Shown here one piece after another: positions 5,732 to 15,410 of a DNA stretch of 38,979 bases; position 1 is the stretch's first letter, and each line of letters starts with the position of its first letter. The notes beneath the pieces were generated by a model. The model had not been told where the DNA came from. It did no database searches and saw only the letters and a list, made by a program, of their open reading frames with translations. This DNA is from a virus (Duplodnaviria > Caudoviricetes). The stretch covers positions 1-38,979 of IMG/VR virus record IMGVR_UViG_3300027785_000054. One strand, 5' to 3'. The translations under genes were made by a program, and so were the position numbers.

Positions 5732-6587
5732 CACTGAAAAGGAACCAGCCGCTTCGTTGACCGACCCTATTATTGGGAGCATTCGGCTTGGCGGTGGAGG
5801 CATGTTTATGGGTGGCGGTCCTAGTATTGCGATGCCTTTAATTGCTTCTGGTATTGCTCAATCCAACTACCAGACAAAGATTGGCAATCCAATGTTTGCC
5901 TCTGCAAGCGTTAATGACCCAACCGCACTTGCTAAACTTGGCAGAAACCTGATTGCGGGAGGAGAAAGAGTTGGCAACCATATTGGCGGTCAACTGTTAG
6001 ATACAGTTGCTGGTGGACCAGAAAGAATGGCTAGAAATATGATGTACGGAAAATTTCCAGACCCAAGGCCGTCTACAACTCCATTTAGTTTGTATAGAGA
6101 TTTTAAAGCAATTCAGGCTGGCGGTGCTGGTATAGCAAGCGGTCTTGGTGCTACTACAGTTGGTGGTGTTGCAAGTAAGATTGCACTATCTGCCGCAAGA
6201 GGTGGAGTTTTTGGTATGGTAATGCCTGTGCTTGACCTTGGTGCTGGCTCCGACAGAGAACCACAATGGAGAATAGATGCGAGACGAGAAAGAGAAGCCA
6301 ACGACAAGATGATTACTACTGGCGTTTCTGACTTTCGCAAAGAAGCGTTAGCCGCTGGCAAAAACCCAGATATGGCTTGGCTTACTGAATTGCCGCAAGA
6401 CCCACTTTGGAAAACCGACCAGACTCCAGCATACACAGCGGAAGAAAAGGCTCTTGGTAGTTATGAAAAGGTTCTTGAAGGAAGAGCAAAGCAGATTAGA
6501 GAGACTGAACGCCTAGCCAAACTTCCTACATTTAATGCCGTTGAAGATAGGAACAGTTTTATGTCGGCTCATTTTCTTAGACAGTGA
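5724..6587 (+). CDS. Hypothetical Gly/Ala-rich protein
   Basis: 287-aa ORF overlapping both neighbours (8-nt and GTGA overlaps); has Gly-rich hydrophobic stretches. Confidence 0.7.
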   Translation: MANTEKEPAASLTDPIIGSIRLGGGGMFMGGGPSIAMPLIASGIAQSNYQTKIGNPMFASASVNDPTALAKLGRNLIAGGERVGNHIGGQLLDTVAGGPERMARNMMYGKFPDPRPSTTPFSLYRDFKAIQAGGAGIASGLGATTVGGVASKIALSAARGGVFGMVMPVLDLGAGSDREPQWRIDARREREANDKMITTGVSDFRKEALAAGKNPDMAWLTELPQDPLWKTDQTPAYTAEEKALGSYEKVLEGRAKQIRETERLAKLPTFNAVEDRNSFMSAHFLRQ

Positions 6588-8203
6588 GCGTTGATATAAG
6601 CAATCTCACTCCGCACCCAGTCATCATTGCTCCGACTCTGGAAGAAATCCGCATTCTTGTAGATAAGAACGGACCCGAAATTGTCGCTGAACTTCTTCAA
6701 CTTAGGGAAGATAAAATCCTAGCAGAGAAGATGGACCCATATAGACATGGGTACGAACCTCAGCACTGGAAGGATGTAGACTCTATTCTTAAATCAAAGA
6801 ACGAAGTTCTTGTGCTTGGTGGCAATCGTGCGGGTAAGACCGAGTGGGCCGCAAAGCGAGTTATCCAAACTCTCGTCAACAAGCCTGATGCCAGAGTCTG
6901 GTGTCTGCATACTACAAATTCTTCTTCTATCCAGATGCAACAGAATGTTCTCTGGAAGTACATGCCGCCCGAACTCAAGAATGCTAGGAAGACAAAAGTC
7001 ACTAACATCTCTTACTCGCAGAAGAATGGTTTTTCGGACAACACTTTTATTCTACCGAACCGCTCGCAGTGCTTCTTCATGAACTACGCTCAGGATAAGA
7101 AGGTCATTGAAGGCGGCGAAGTTGACCTTATCTGGTGCGATGAACTCGTTCCGCTCGACTGGATTGAAACACTCCGTTACCGAGCCATCACTAGGCGAGG
7201 TAAAATGATTACCACTTTCACACCAGTTCTGGGATACTCGCAGGTGGTCAAGGACTATGTCGCAGGTTGTCGTTTCAAGAAGACACTCCCCGCAGTCCTG
7301 CTCGACAAGGAGCGTATCCATGTCGGCGGTTGCCCGAAAGGGCATATGCCGTACATGGCAGACTCCATGAACTCCAACTGCGGTGTTGTATGGTTTCACT
7401 CGCAACTGAATCCATACAATCCTTTCGACCAACTTGCGGCTACGCTGGAGGGGAAGACTAGTAATGAAATCAAAATTCGAGCCTACGGCTGGGCTGAAAA
7501 CACGGCGGGGTCGCAGTTTCCTTCATTTACTGACCAAAATATCGTTAAAGACGACAAAATTCCCAAGGAAGGCACTAATTTCATGGTAATCGACCCTGCT
7601 GGAGCCAGAAATTGGTTCATGTTGTGGTTGCGGGTGGGTAAGGACGGCAATTTTTATATTTATCGTGAATGGCCTGATGTTTCTAATGGGGAATGGGCTC
7701 TTCCAAGTGAAAAGCCTGACGGCAAGATGGGTTCTGGACAAAAGAATGGTGCTGGAAGGGGTCTTGATGAGTACAAAGAGTTAATTTTGGACCTTGAAGG
7801 CGGGGAAGTGATAGCGGAACGATACATTGACCCTAGGGCTGGTGCTACTCAGGCGGTTTCTGCCGAGGGAGGCACAAGTCTTATCGAACTTCTTGACTCT
7901 GGTGTGCGTCCTATGTATTTTGCACCTGCGGCTGGTTTGCACATTGAGCAAGGTGTTGCGATTATAAACGACCTTCTGTTTTATAACTCCAACGACCCTA
8001 TTAGTCCAATCAATCAGCCAAGCCTGTATGTTTCAGAGGAATGCAGGAATCTAATATTTGCAATGCGTGAGTGGACTAACCAAGATGGCGAAAAGGGTGC
8101 TTGTAAAGACCCTGTTGACTGCCTTAGATATCTTGCAGTTATGGAACCCTCGTATGAAGGAGACAATGCGTTCAAGGCCAGAAACAAGTCGCATTCTTAT
8201 TGA
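6584..8203 (+). CDS. terL: Terminase large subunit
   Basis: Walker A GGNRAGKT, Walker B LIWCDE, motif III TFTP, RNase H-like nuclease motifs VIDPAG and DPVDCLRY; directly upstream of the portal. Confidence 0.95.
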   Translation: MSVDISNLTPHPVIIAPTLEEIRILVDKNGPEIVAELLQLREDKILAEKMDPYRHGYEPQHWKDVDSILKSKNEVLVLGGNRAGKTEWAAKRVIQTLVNKPDARVWCLHTTNSSSIQMQQNVLWKYMPPELKNARKTKVTNISYSQKNGFSDNTFILPNRSQCFFMNYAQDKKVIEGGEVDLIWCDELVPLDWIETLRYRAITRRGKMITTFTPVLGYSQVVKDYVAGCRFKKTLPAVLLDKERIHVGGCPKGHMPYMADSMNSNCGVVWFHSQLNPYNPFDQLAATLEGKTSNEIKIRAYGWAENTAGSQFPSFTDQNIVKDDKIPKEGTNFMVIDPAGARNWFMLWLRVGKDGNFYIYREWPDVSNGEWALPSEKPDGKMGSGQKNGAGRGLDEYKELILDLEGGEVIAERYIDPRAGATQAVSAEGGTSLIELLDSGVRPMYFAPAAGLHIEQGVAIINDLLFYNSNDPISPINQPSLYVSEECRNLIFAMREWTNQDGEKGACKDPVDCLRYLAVMEPSYEGDNAFKARNKSHSY

Positions 8204-8233
8204 CTTTTGTAATTTAAAAAATAATAACCGACC

Positions 8234-10390
8234 ATGGATAAGCAATCTTATAACACAAAGCGTGATAAACTGGCAATGGCTAGTGATGCTCCCGATGTTC
8301 AGGAACTGATTAGCGAACTTAGACGCTCTTTGTACAATGGTGGCAACACTGTTGAAATGACCGACAATGATGACCTCCGCTATTGTAAGTGGGCGGGTCA
8401 AACGACTGACGGCAAGAAGCATTCTGAAAATAGAGCCCAGAACGACCCCGCTTTGCCTTTTGAGGGTGCATCTGATGTTCGCATCCGACTTATCGACAGA
8501 GTTATTAACGAGATGGTTGCCCTTTGGGTTAACACTTGGAAACTCTCGAAACTTCGTGTTTCTGGGCTTACTGTTGATGATGGTGCTAACGCCGAGTCCA
8601 TGACAACGCTACTTACTCACATTGTCTCTTGCAGACTGCGTATGGAGTCAAGAAGAGAAGGCGAACTGTGGGCTCAGTACGCACAGCAGTATGGTTGGTC
8701 AACAATGCACATTACTTGGGAGCAGGAAATCGGTCTTCAGGCTCAAAAGATTAGCATTCAGGAAATAGACGATATGGCTATGGCTCTTGCTCAGGAAGAA
8801 CCTGACAATCCTGCTACACGCATTCCTGAGGCGATTAGAAGCGGCGAAGATGACGGAATGGTTATTTCCATGTTCCAGTCGGTCATGCCAAATGTCCCTG
8901 AGGACCAAGTTGCCAAGATGATTAAGGAATTGCGTGAAAAGGGCTCTGCTACTATCTTTGTTGAATCTATTACTAAAAACCTTCCTCGTCTTACGGCTCT
9001 TAAGCCTTACGATGAGATTTGCTTCCCTCCTGAGACAATTGAACTCCAGAAGGCCAGAGCCATCTTCCGCAGAGTTTACATGACAGAGGTTGAACTTCGT
9101 TCTTTCGTCAAGTCTGATGGTTGGAGCATGGATGCCGTTGACGAGGCCATTAACACCTCTGGCAACATCAGTTGGTACACTGACCCCAACATAGTGCCTG
9201 TAGCGACTCTGATGGGCAACCAGCAATACAGAAACCGCAACCTGATTGAAGTCATCTACGCCTACGCAAGACAAATAGACGAATCTGGCAACCTGTGCAT
9301 CTATTATACCATTTTCTGCCCTAACGCAAAGGGTAGTGCTTACTTTAAGCACGATAAGTTGGCCTACGCACACAATAAGTACCCATTTGTTGAACTCAGA
9401 AGAGAGCATATCAGAAAGTCGATAATGGAATCCAGAGGCGTTCCTGAGATTCTGGTTACAGAACAAGCCGAACTCAAGGCACAGCATGATGCCGTCCGTG
9501 ATAGAACGGCTATTGAGACGATGCCTCCGATTCTTATCAAGAAGCGTATTCAGGGAATCAATAAGATTGGCCCTGCTCTTCAACTTCCTGTTACAAGTCC
9601 TGACGACTACAGGTTTATGGACCCGCCCAGAGGCTCTCCTAACCTTGCAGAACTGATTATTGCTCAGGTTGAGAAGAATGTGGCTAACTATTTTGGCCTT
9701 ACCCATGAAGCAGTGGCCCCCCAGAAGACCCAGATGCTCCAGCAAATGTCTGTTGACGGCTGGCTGAATAGTTGGGCTGAAGTTTACTCGCAACTGCTCC
9801 AACTTTCGCTTCAATACATGCCGCCTGAAGAACTACAGCGTATCACAGGTGTCAATGTAGCCCTTGGTGCTACGGATATTGCCAATCAGTTCGACTTTGA
9901 GGTCAAGTTTGATGTGAGAGACATGGATAATGAGTATGTAATGAAGAAATTGCAGTCCATTAGCCAATTTGTCCTCCCGCTTGATGTTGGAGGCACTGTT
10001 GACCGCAATAAGTTGGTCGCCAAGTTGGTCGAAGCCATCTCCCCTGACATTGCCAAGGAAATCATCCTTGACCAACAGAGTGCATCTCAGAAGATGTACA
10101 ACGATGTTCAAAATGACATTGTTAAGATGCTTATGGGCATCGAACCTCAATATGTTGAGAATGACCCATCTGCTGGTACAAAGATGCAATATCTCCAGCA
10201 GACAGTCCAGAAGTCCCCGAAGGTTCAGCAGATGGCTCAAGGCGACCAAATGACCGCCGCCCTCATGGAGAACTACCAAAAGAACCTCCAAATGTCAATT
10301 ATGCAACAGCAGAACAAGGAAATCGGCAGAACAGGTGTCACTCCTGTGTCTGACCAGATGCAACAGGAGGCTCAACAGCCGCAGGAATAA
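8234..10390 (+). CDS. Portal protein (podovirus type)
   Basis: 718 aa after TerL, largely helical, with a YPFV...SRGVPE segment and a Gln-rich C-terminal barrel-like tail; synteny. Confidence 0.85.
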   Translation: MDKQSYNTKRDKLAMASDAPDVQELISELRRSLYNGGNTVEMTDNDDLRYCKWAGQTTDGKKHSENRAQNDPALPFEGASDVRIRLIDRVINEMVALWVNTWKLSKLRVSGLTVDDGANAESMTTLLTHIVSCRLRMESRREGELWAQYAQQYGWSTMHITWEQEIGLQAQKISIQEIDDMAMALAQEEPDNPATRIPEAIRSGEDDGMVISMFQSVMPNVPEDQVAKMIKELREKGSATIFVESITKNLPRLTALKPYDEICFPPETIELQKARAIFRRVYMTEVELRSFVKSDGWSMDAVDEAINTSGNISWYTDPNIVPVATLMGNQQYRNRNLIEVIYAYARQIDESGNLCIYYTIFCPNAKGSAYFKHDKLAYAHNKYPFVELRREHIRKSIMESRGVPEILVTEQAELKAQHDAVRDRTAIETMPPILIKKRIQGINKIGPALQLPVTSPDDYRFMDPPRGSPNLAELIIAQVEKNVANYFGLTHEAVAPQKTQMLQQMSVDGWLNSWAEVYSQLLQLSLQYMPPEELQRITGVNVALGATDIANQFDFEVKFDVRDMDNEYVMKKLQSISQFVLPLDVGGTVDRNKLVAKLVEAISPDIAKEIILDQQSASQKMYNDVQNDIVKMLMGIEPQYVENDPSAGTKMQYLQQTVQKSPKVQQMAQGDQMTAALMENYQKNLQMSIMQQQNKEIGRTGVTPVSDQMQQEAQQPQE

Positions 10391-10632
10391 TGAGCGAGTT
10401 CCAATATGACCAGAATGCGTTTGCCTTTGAAAAGAGCGAACTGTGGGACAATATCATCTTTATCCTTAAGCAGAACATTGACACAGAGACTGCTGACGCT
10501 CTTAGTCCGCTGACTACAGGCGAGTCAAGGATTCATGCCTGTGGTAGAGCCAATGCACTTACTGATATTCTCTCAGTTCTTGAATCAGAACGCAAAGAAT
10601 CCCTACGGAAGAAAAGAATAGATATTATCTAG
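10390..10632 (+). CDS. Small protein between portal and scaffold
   Basis: 80 aa, TAATG coupling to the portal; position typical of podovirus head modules. Confidence 0.7.
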   Translation: MSEFQYDQNAFAFEKSELWDNIIFILKQNIDTETADALSPLTTGESRIHACGRANALTDILSVLESERKESLRKKRIDII

Positions 10633-10720
10633 TTGACTTTTAAACAGGAATCATTTTAGTCCCCTTAAGTTTCTGCAAACTCTAAATGCTGTCAAAAAAC
10701 AAAGCCTTGCTCTTACTAGC

Positions 10721-11728
10721 ATGAATACCCCCCAAAACGGAGATAACAACGCCTCCCAGCCTAACGGCGAAAGTGTTGTAGATAGAACTGAATCTAGTCA
10801 GTTTAATGAACAAGACCTTGCGAGTATCCTACGCAGGGATTTCGGAAATCTAGATGATTCCGAAACAGCGGCTGAACCTGCTGACAATAATGGCTCAGAA
10901 GACCAGTTCAGAGATACGGATGTTAGTCAGGATTATTCGGACTCTCAGAATGAAGGCGAAGAAGTTCATTCACAGGAAGCAGAGGCTAATGATAGCGAAA
11001 ATAGCGAGTTCCAGACAAAGGGAGTTCAGAAGCGTATCGACAAGTTGACCGCATTGCGTAAGCAAGCGGAAGAGCATGCCGATAAACTTACGAAAGAGGT
11101 CGAACACCTCAAAACCCAAGTCGAGTCGTCTAAGTCCACAGAAGTTGTAGTCAAGTCGGATGATGCAGTTCCCTACGCAAATCTCAATTCGATAGCAGAA
11201 ATCGAGCAAGAAATCGCTCAGGCTAGGTCGGTTAGAAGATGGTGTGAGGAAAACTCAAACGGCATTGTTGTACAGAACGCTGATGGTTCGGAAACGGAAT
11301 ACTCTTACGATGATGTAAAGCGTATTAAACTTAATGCTATGGACGCTATGGAAGAACACCTACCCAAACGCCTGAATTACATTCAGACTAAGAGTAAGGT
11401 CGATGCCATTGCATACAAGGAATATCCGTGGTTGAAGGATAAGTCTAGTAAGGAACGACAAATTGCAGAATCGTTCATTAAGGCTTTTCCCCAGATTACA
11501 AGATTCCCCGACTACAATGTTGTAGTTGGAGACTATATTCGTGGTATGCAAGCAAGGGAAAACGCAAGCAAGGGCAGAAATGTCCAGCGAGCCCCCCACC
11601 AGCCCACATCTAATTACGCATCGCCCAGCCGTTACAAGGACAGTAGCGACCCCGATGCGACAAAGAGATATGTTAAATCTAACTCCCAGAACGACCTTGC
11701 GGCAATCATAGCGTCCAAGTTCATCTAA
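10721..11728 (+). CDS. Capsid scaffolding protein
   Basis: Acidic disordered N-terminus, GVQKRIDKLT coiled-coil motif, directly upstream of the MCP. Confidence 0.8.
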   Translation: MNTPQNGDNNASQPNGESVVDRTESSQFNEQDLASILRRDFGNLDDSETAAEPADNNGSEDQFRDTDVSQDYSDSQNEGEEVHSQEAEANDSENSEFQTKGVQKRIDKLTALRKQAEEHADKLTKEVEHLKTQVESSKSTEVVVKSDDAVPYANLNSIAEIEQEIAQARSVRRWCEENSNGIVVQNADGSETEYSYDDVKRIKLNAMDAMEEHLPKRLNYIQTKSKVDAIAYKEYPWLKDKSSKERQIAESFIKAFPQITRFPDYNVVVGDYIRGMQARENASKGRNVQRAPHQPTSNYASPSRYKDSSDPDATKRYVKSNSQNDLAAIIASKFI

Positions 11729-11755
11729 ACTAACCCTACAAACACATATATTCAT

Positions 11756-12829
11756 ATGGCAAAACTCACAGAACCCTCCTTCTCGTCTGGTAAGAGAGAA
11801 GACCTCGCTGACCTTATCGCACTCGTTGATGCTAAGGATACGCCCTTCACCTCCATGGCCCCCAAGGGCTCAAAGCCAGGAAATACAAAGTTTCGCTGGC
11901 AGGTCGATTCCCTCCCGAACGCTGTCGCCTCTCAGGCTGGCGTGGTTGACGGAACCGATGTTGACCCGAATGGTGGCACTATCCAGAACTTCGTTAAGGA
12001 TGGCGAAAACCAGTACCGCTACGAACTGGAAAATCACATTCAGGAATTCCGCAAGGCTGTTCGTGTCTCCCCTCTGACGCTTGACATTGCTGTCATCGCT
12101 GGTGTGAAGGACGAACTCGCTAACAATGTCGCTAAGGGCATCACCATGCTCAAGCGTGACATGGAAAAGACCTTCTGCTCCAATAACCTTCCTAAGTCCG
12201 ACAACGGCACGAATCAGGGTTATGCTTCCAGAGGTCTCGACTCTTGGATTCGCCCAGTCAAGACGACTGGCGGCGACTTCGCTAACGACAACTACCTCGA
12301 AATCCCGACTGCCTTCCGCACTCCTGCTACCTCGGTTGCTGGTAATGCTGATGCTGACTCGGAATCGACAGCCACTGTCTCGACCCTCACTGAAATTGTC
12401 GTTCAGGATATCCTGACCTCGATTTACAGCCAGACTGGTCAGTTCCGCTCGTATGACGCTCTTGTCGGCCCGAACCTCAAGAGAGCCTTCACGAACCTCG
12501 TCTACACGGAGCGTAACTCCACTGCCGCCTCGCAGACCACGATTCGCACTTTCAACCGCAATGCGGCTGAATCTTCTTACATCTCTTCGATTGATGTGTT
12601 TGAAGGCGACTTCGGTCAGATTCGTCTCCACCCCTCCCTCTTCCTGAAGAACAACTTCTGCGGTTACATCCTCCCGATGGAACATGTTGAAGTTCGCTAC
12701 GGCGGCTCTGTCGCTGGCGTGAAGGAATTGACGGACAATGGTGGTGGCCCTGCTCGCATGATTAACGCTATTGCGTCTGTCTGCGTGAAGAATCCGCTGG
12801 CGTTCGGTAAGTTCGACTATGTTGCTTAA
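11756..12829 (+). CDS. Major capsid protein (DUF5309/SU10-MCP-like)
   Basis: N-terminal REDLADLI..VDAKDTPF and ..WQVDSL motifs, LKRDMEK, FEGDFG; strong codon bias; 357 aa. Confidence 0.9.
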   Translation: MAKLTEPSFSSGKREDLADLIALVDAKDTPFTSMAPKGSKPGNTKFRWQVDSLPNAVASQAGVVDGTDVDPNGGTIQNFVKDGENQYRYELENHIQEFRKAVRVSPLTLDIAVIAGVKDELANNVAKGITMLKRDMEKTFCSNNLPKSDNGTNQGYASRGLDSWIRPVKTTGGDFANDNYLEIPTAFRTPATSVAGNADADSESTATVSTLTEIVVQDILTSIYSQTGQFRSYDALVGPNLKRAFTNLVYTERNSTAASQTTIRTFNRNAAESSYISSIDVFEGDFGQIRLHPSLFLKNNFCGYILPMEHVEVRYGGSVAGVKELTDNGGGPARMINAIASVCVKNPLAFGKFDYVA

Positions 12830-12834
12830 TCGCA

Positions 12835-13200
12835 ATGTCTGACCCTCTCATAGAATCACTTCATGAAGTTATTCCTGACCACCTCTTAAACGAGGTGAAG
12901 ACGGAATTTCTTCGTGGGTGGGCTATGAATCAGGTGAAGGCAAAGACTGAAGCAACAAAGATTGCCTCCTTTGGACATTCCAACGAGGCTAAGGACATTG
13001 ACGGAGTTGGGAGGCTGGTTGCGAAAATCCCTCCCGACTCTTTTTATTATTGGTCGCATATCCTCGGCGTTGAATGCTGGGAAGATAAGCAGTTCTTGCG
13101 AGAATTCATGAGAGATAATCCTGAAGTCGCAGTTAGGAACTACACCAAGAAGACCATTGTAAATGGTACAATTTTTGACTCTAGCGGGTATAAAACATAA
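12835..13200 (+). CDS. Hypothetical protein downstream of MCP
   Basis: 121-aa ORF in the operon, coupled to the next gene. Confidence 0.7.
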   Translation: MSDPLIESLHEVIPDHLLNEVKTEFLRGWAMNQVKAKTEATKIASFGHSNEAKDIDGVGRLVAKIPPDSFYYWSHILGVECWEDKQFLREFMRDNPEVAVRNYTKKTIVNGTIFDSSGYKT

Positions 13201-13961
13201 TGAAGACGATAGATTTTAGCAGAATCCTGATAGATGCTATCCAACTGTGTGGCCTTGATAGGACAGACATAACTAAGGATACATTCACGCAAATGCGTGA
13301 CCTTGCTCATGCTAGGACAAGAATGGCTTGGGAACACGACAAGTGGCCTGACCTGATTAGACTACAGGCCGCTACTCCTCAGGTTGACGGAGATGTTAAG
13401 TATGTGGTCAAGCCCAGTGGGGCTGGTGAAGTGTTTGCCATTTGGTTTAAAGACCCTAACGCTACTACTAGGGCAACAAGCATTGACTTCTCTATAGTCA
13501 ATACTCCTACACAGGAAAGACTTGTCATTAGAGGCACATTTACGGAAGACCTATATATTGAGTACAGGCTTGAGCCTGTCTCCCTTGAGGGTAACCCTTG
13601 GAGTCCTAGCATTGAATACTTCCCGACAGTTCAAGTATTCTTTGACAGTGGCTCTGGAACAGGTGGTTTGGCCCAAGAAGAAGGAAAGCCGTTTGCTGGC
13701 AATTTTTATAAGTGCCTAGTTAAGAACACAAATACTAGCCCTGCTATTAATAATGTTAACTGGATTAAGGTTGAGATTCCTTATATCTTTGGTCAATACA
13801 TTGCTAGAGGCTGTCTAGCAGACTACCTTAGGTCTGAAGGTCAGTTTGATTCTGCCAGAGTCGCTGAAGCCGAAGCCAACTATTTCCTTGATGTTGAGAT
13901 TGATAAAATCGTTAGACAGCAGGGGCAAATCCAGAAAACTAACTTCATTAAAACATACTAA
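13200..13961 (+). CDS. Head-tail adaptor / tail tubular protein A-like
   Basis: Helical N- and C-termini around a beta core, 253 aa, position after the MCP; internal W...Y...YKC.....P.....W segment. Confidence 0.65.
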   Translation: MKTIDFSRILIDAIQLCGLDRTDITKDTFTQMRDLAHARTRMAWEHDKWPDLIRLQAATPQVDGDVKYVVKPSGAGEVFAIWFKDPNATTRATSIDFSIVNTPTQERLVIRGTFTEDLYIEYRLEPVSLEGNPWSPSIEYFPTVQVFFDSGSGTGGLAQEEGKPFAGNFYKCLVKNTNTSPAINNVNWIKVEIPYIFGQYIARGCLADYLRSEGQFDSARVAEAEANYFLDVEIDKIVRQQGQIQKTNFIKTY

Positions 13962-13963
13962 TC

Positions 13964-14263
13964 ATGTCCAACATATCCATCTCCTCTCCGTTTCTTGCAT
14001 CTCTTACGCATGCCGACTTTTCGGTTGGCGTTGCCAGTTCCTCGCTCCTTACAGCCGTTACGGCTGGTCAGCGTAGAGTGCTTACAGTTATTCAGAATAA
14101 GCATGCCACAGCCAAGATTCAGGTTATCCTGAACGCTACTGGCGATGTTGGCATTCTTGTTCCTGCCAATAGCAACCTCTCTCTTGATAATTACAATGGT
14201 CCTGTTCGCTGTATTAGCGACACGGCCTCTACTACTGTTCATGTTGCCTACGCTATTGTCTAA
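13964..14263 (+). CDS. Small beta-rich virion protein
   Basis: 99 aa, Ser/Thr/Val-rich with a V-I-Q-N motif, in the tail module. Confidence 0.6.
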   Translation: MSNISISSPFLASLTHADFSVGVASSSLLTAVTAGQRRVLTVIQNKHATAKIQVILNATGDVGILVPANSNLSLDNYNGPVRCISDTASTTVHVAYAIV

Positions 14264-15408
14264 TGAGCATCAATGTAAATGTTGGGAATAACATTCCCAC
14301 CAATGTCGTTGAGGTTGGCAATGAGATAAGTGTTAACCAGTTAGCGGCAATAACGGCGGCTACAGACCCATCTGCAACTAATCCGTTTTCTACGGCTGGT
14401 CATACGCATGTTATTGCAAATGTTACAGGTCTACAGACTGCCATTGACGGCAAGGCAAACACATCGCACACGCATCTTATTTCAAGCATCACAGGTCTCC
14501 AGTCAGACCTTGATGAAAAGGCTTCAATAGGGCATTTTCATACAATTGTTAATGTTACAGGTCTCCAGACCGAACTAGACGGCAAGGCTTCTCTTGTTCA
14601 TACGCATGATATTGCTGACACTACAGGACTTCAAACAGCCCTAGATGGCAAGTCTGCCACCACGCACCTGCATACTGGAGTTTACTCTCCTGTTGCCCAC
14701 ACGCATGCTATTTCCGATACTACAGGACTACAGACTGCCCTAGATGGCAAGTCTGCTACAACGCATACGCACACAGGCGTGTATGCTCCTGTTACGCATA
14801 CCCATAACCTTACTGACATAATTGCACTTGATACAGCCTTGGCAAACAAGTCTGACATTGGGCATGGTCACACTAATTACGCCCTTCTTTCTGGGGCTAC
14901 ATTTACTGGCACTGTTTATACTCCAGAAATCCGCAACCCTCTTAACACTGACCTTATCATTGATTCGTATAACGACAATGGTGCTGGCACTCATTACGAG
15001 CATAAATTTACACCATTTGACGGAAAGTTTGTCTTAGCAACTAATGGCGGTGGGCTAACTTTCCCAGACGGCACAACCCAGACAACTGCCGCAACTAATT
15101 CCAGCCCTACAACCCCTGTAACATACAAGCAAAGTCCGTATACAATCAACACTGTTGATGAAAACTCTATGATTGTTTGTGAGTATGGATGTTATTCTAT
15201 AGGTCTTCCGTCTCCGTCAACTACATTTACTATAGGCAAACAGGTCTTAATAGTTAATAGCAGTGGCTCTCCTGTTAATATTGAAAACATCCAAGGCTCT
15301 TCTTATATATCGGCAGGAAACAGATATATTATTGAAGTCAATGGATGTTGTGCCGCCGTAAAGACACACTCAGCAATTTGGCTTATCTCTGGTAATCTAA
15401 CTACATAA
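14263..15408 (+). CDS. Tail fibre protein with HxH / GLQTALDGK repeats
   Basis: Repeated HTHxIxxxTGLQTALDGK units, an LTFPDGTTQTTAA motif, and a C-terminal beta domain ending WLISGNLT. Confidence 0.85.
   Translation: MSINVNVGNNIPTNVVEVGNEISVNQLAAITAATDPSATNPFSTAGHTHVIANVTGLQTAIDGKANTSHTHLISSITGLQSDLDEKASIGHFHTIVNVTGLQTELDGKASLVHTHDIADTTGLQTALDGKSATTHLHTGVYSPVAHTHAISDTTGLQTALDGKSATTHTHTGVYAPVTHTHNLTDIIALDTALANKSDIGHGHTNYALLSGATFTGTVYTPEIRNPLNTDLIIDSYNDNGAGTHYEHKFTPFDGKFVLATNGGGLTFPDGTTQTTAATNSSPTTPVTYKQSPYTINTVDENSMIVCEYGCYSIGLPSPSTTFTIGKQVLIVNSSGSPVNIENIQGSSYISAGNRYIIEVNGCCAAVKTHSAIWLISGNLTT
14401..14862 (+). repeat. Intragenic tandem repeats of the tail fibre shaft
   Basis: Three 66-nt units (14401, 14467, 14533), two 99-nt units (14599, 14698) and one 66-nt unit (14797), each starting at an HxH. 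Confidence 0.85.
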
Positions 15409-15410
15409 CA

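Noticed and set aside
2823-10632. Genome-wide TAG recoding, suggested by the amber at 2829
   Set aside because: The long genes are intact under the standard code and TAG ends the ORF at 10632; one amber is not evidence.
8699-12835. Long antisense ORFs 8699-9814 and 11870-12835
   Set aside because: Shadow frames of the portal and MCP produced by codon bias; no recognisable motifs.
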